Origin: an uncultured Flavobacterium sp.
GTDB lineage: Bacteria > Bacteroidota > Bacteroidia > Flavobacteriales > Flavobacteriaceae
DNA: 64,000 nucleotides
Assembly: GCA_963513545.1 (NCBI GenBank)
Contig: CAUPQW010000001.1
Coordinates: forward strand, 298,194-362,193
Reading direction: 5' to 3'
Made by a program: the position numbers and the translations under genes. The first letter of the stretch is position 1. Every line of letters starts with the position of its first letter. Below, piece after piece: positions 63,533 to 64,000 of the stretch. The notes under the pieces are model-generated. The model was given only the letters and a program-made list of their open reading frames with translations, was not told the DNA's origin and searched no databases.

Positions 63533-64000
63533 GATTAGAGGAGATAGAAAAAATAGAAGAGTTATATCTTTTAAAAAATTCTCACAGATATGAGATACAG
63601 CTTATAGAAGGTTTAAAAAAGGATTTGTATTGGGCATCGCTTTCAGATAAGGAAAAGCTTGAATTAAGAACAAAAGAATTGATGAAAAAATATGTTTTTA
63701 AAGAAATATATTCGGATTTAATGATTTCGTATGAAGAGTCTGTTATAGATTTGGTTAAACTCATAATGAAATTCTTAGATGAAATTAATTTAATTGTTTT
63801 TGATTTTCAAAATATGTCAGAAGATGAATTTATATTATTTCGCTTAAAAAATATGATGTGTGTAGAGTTATATGCTGTAAATAAAAGGGAAAAACTTCAA
63901 TATTCTGGGCATGTACTTTTTGAAGAAGTTGTACAGCCTATTTTTGTTGAGATAGAAAGGACTGAATTTTATATACAATACAGCTTAGAAGATCTAAGAG
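63529..64000 (+). CDS. putative immunity protein of the orphan ART tip, 3'-partial (absent from the ORF track)
   Basis: The ATG at 63529 overlaps the toxin stop (ATGA). Hand translation MRLEEIEKIEELYLLKNSHRYEIQLIEGLKKDLYWASLSDKEKLELRTKELMKKYVFKEIYSDLMISYEES... stays open for 157 codons to the window end. Confidence 0.6.
   Translation, partial: MRLEEIEKIEELYLLKNSHRYEIQLIEGLKKDLYWASLSDKEKLELRTKELMKKYVFKEIYSDLMISYEESVIDLVKLIMKFLDEINLIVFDFQNMSEDEFILFRLKNMMCVELYAVNKREKLQYSGHVLFEEVVQPIFVEIERTEFYIQYSLEDLR

Noticed and set aside
45281-64000. Search for a second copy of the ssrA 3' end or its terminator (an attR-like direct repeat) to close the island
   Set aside because: None was seen by eye anywhere to the right of ssrA in this window, so no right boundary is claimed. 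A serine recombinase may also leave only a 2-bp repeat.

Overview
AT-rich chromosomal segment from a Bacteroidota, probably Flavobacterium-like. Lineage evidence read from the sequence: T9SS type-A C-terminal sorting domains, SprB-type repeats, TAnnTTTG -7 promoter boxes, and the tmRNA tag GENNYALAA. Layout: (i) 1-6.8 kb holds the 3' part of a giant RHS/YD polymorphic toxin (5' end lies outside the window), a translationally coupled lipoprotein-type immunity candidate, and a vestigial second RHS core tip. (ii) 7-44.7 kb is ordinary housekeeping: purL, two tandem T9SS-secreted endonuclease I paralogs, menF plus a hotdog thioesterase, bshB1, tRNA-His, ilvE, an ECF sigma/anti-sigma pair, kup, an rsmB-like gene, menE, a TonB-dependent-type barrel and fumC. 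It also contains a 7-bp microsatellite and a few nested-palindrome elements. (iii) ssrA (tmRNA) lies at 44887-45280. Directly abutting it is a decayed integrative/mobilizable element (45.2-50.7 kb): a large serine recombinase whose ORF ends inside ssrA, a wHTH protein, two paralogous module proteins, a 5'-truncated T4SS coupling-protein gene and a DUF1016/YhcG-like nuclease. (iv) 51.8-64 kb is the most interesting part. One tightly packed operon encodes a multi-Fn3 secreted protein, a 1696-aa SprB-repeat protein with a T9SS sorting domain, and a 1081-aa signal-peptide protein with a swappable C-terminal toxin tip plus a small immunity candidate. It is followed by an orphan toxin tip with an R/S/ExE ADP-ribosyltransferase signature. 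The orphan shares a ~237-bp recombination handle with the main gene and has its own coupled immunity ORF, which is absent from the ORF track and runs off the window. No marker of a known toxin-delivery route (T5SS/CDI, T6SS, T7SS, Rhs) accompanies this second toxin. I therefore flag it as a candidate undescribed Bacteroidota surface-linked polymorphic-toxin delivery system. All family assignments are motif recognition by eye. No database search was run.
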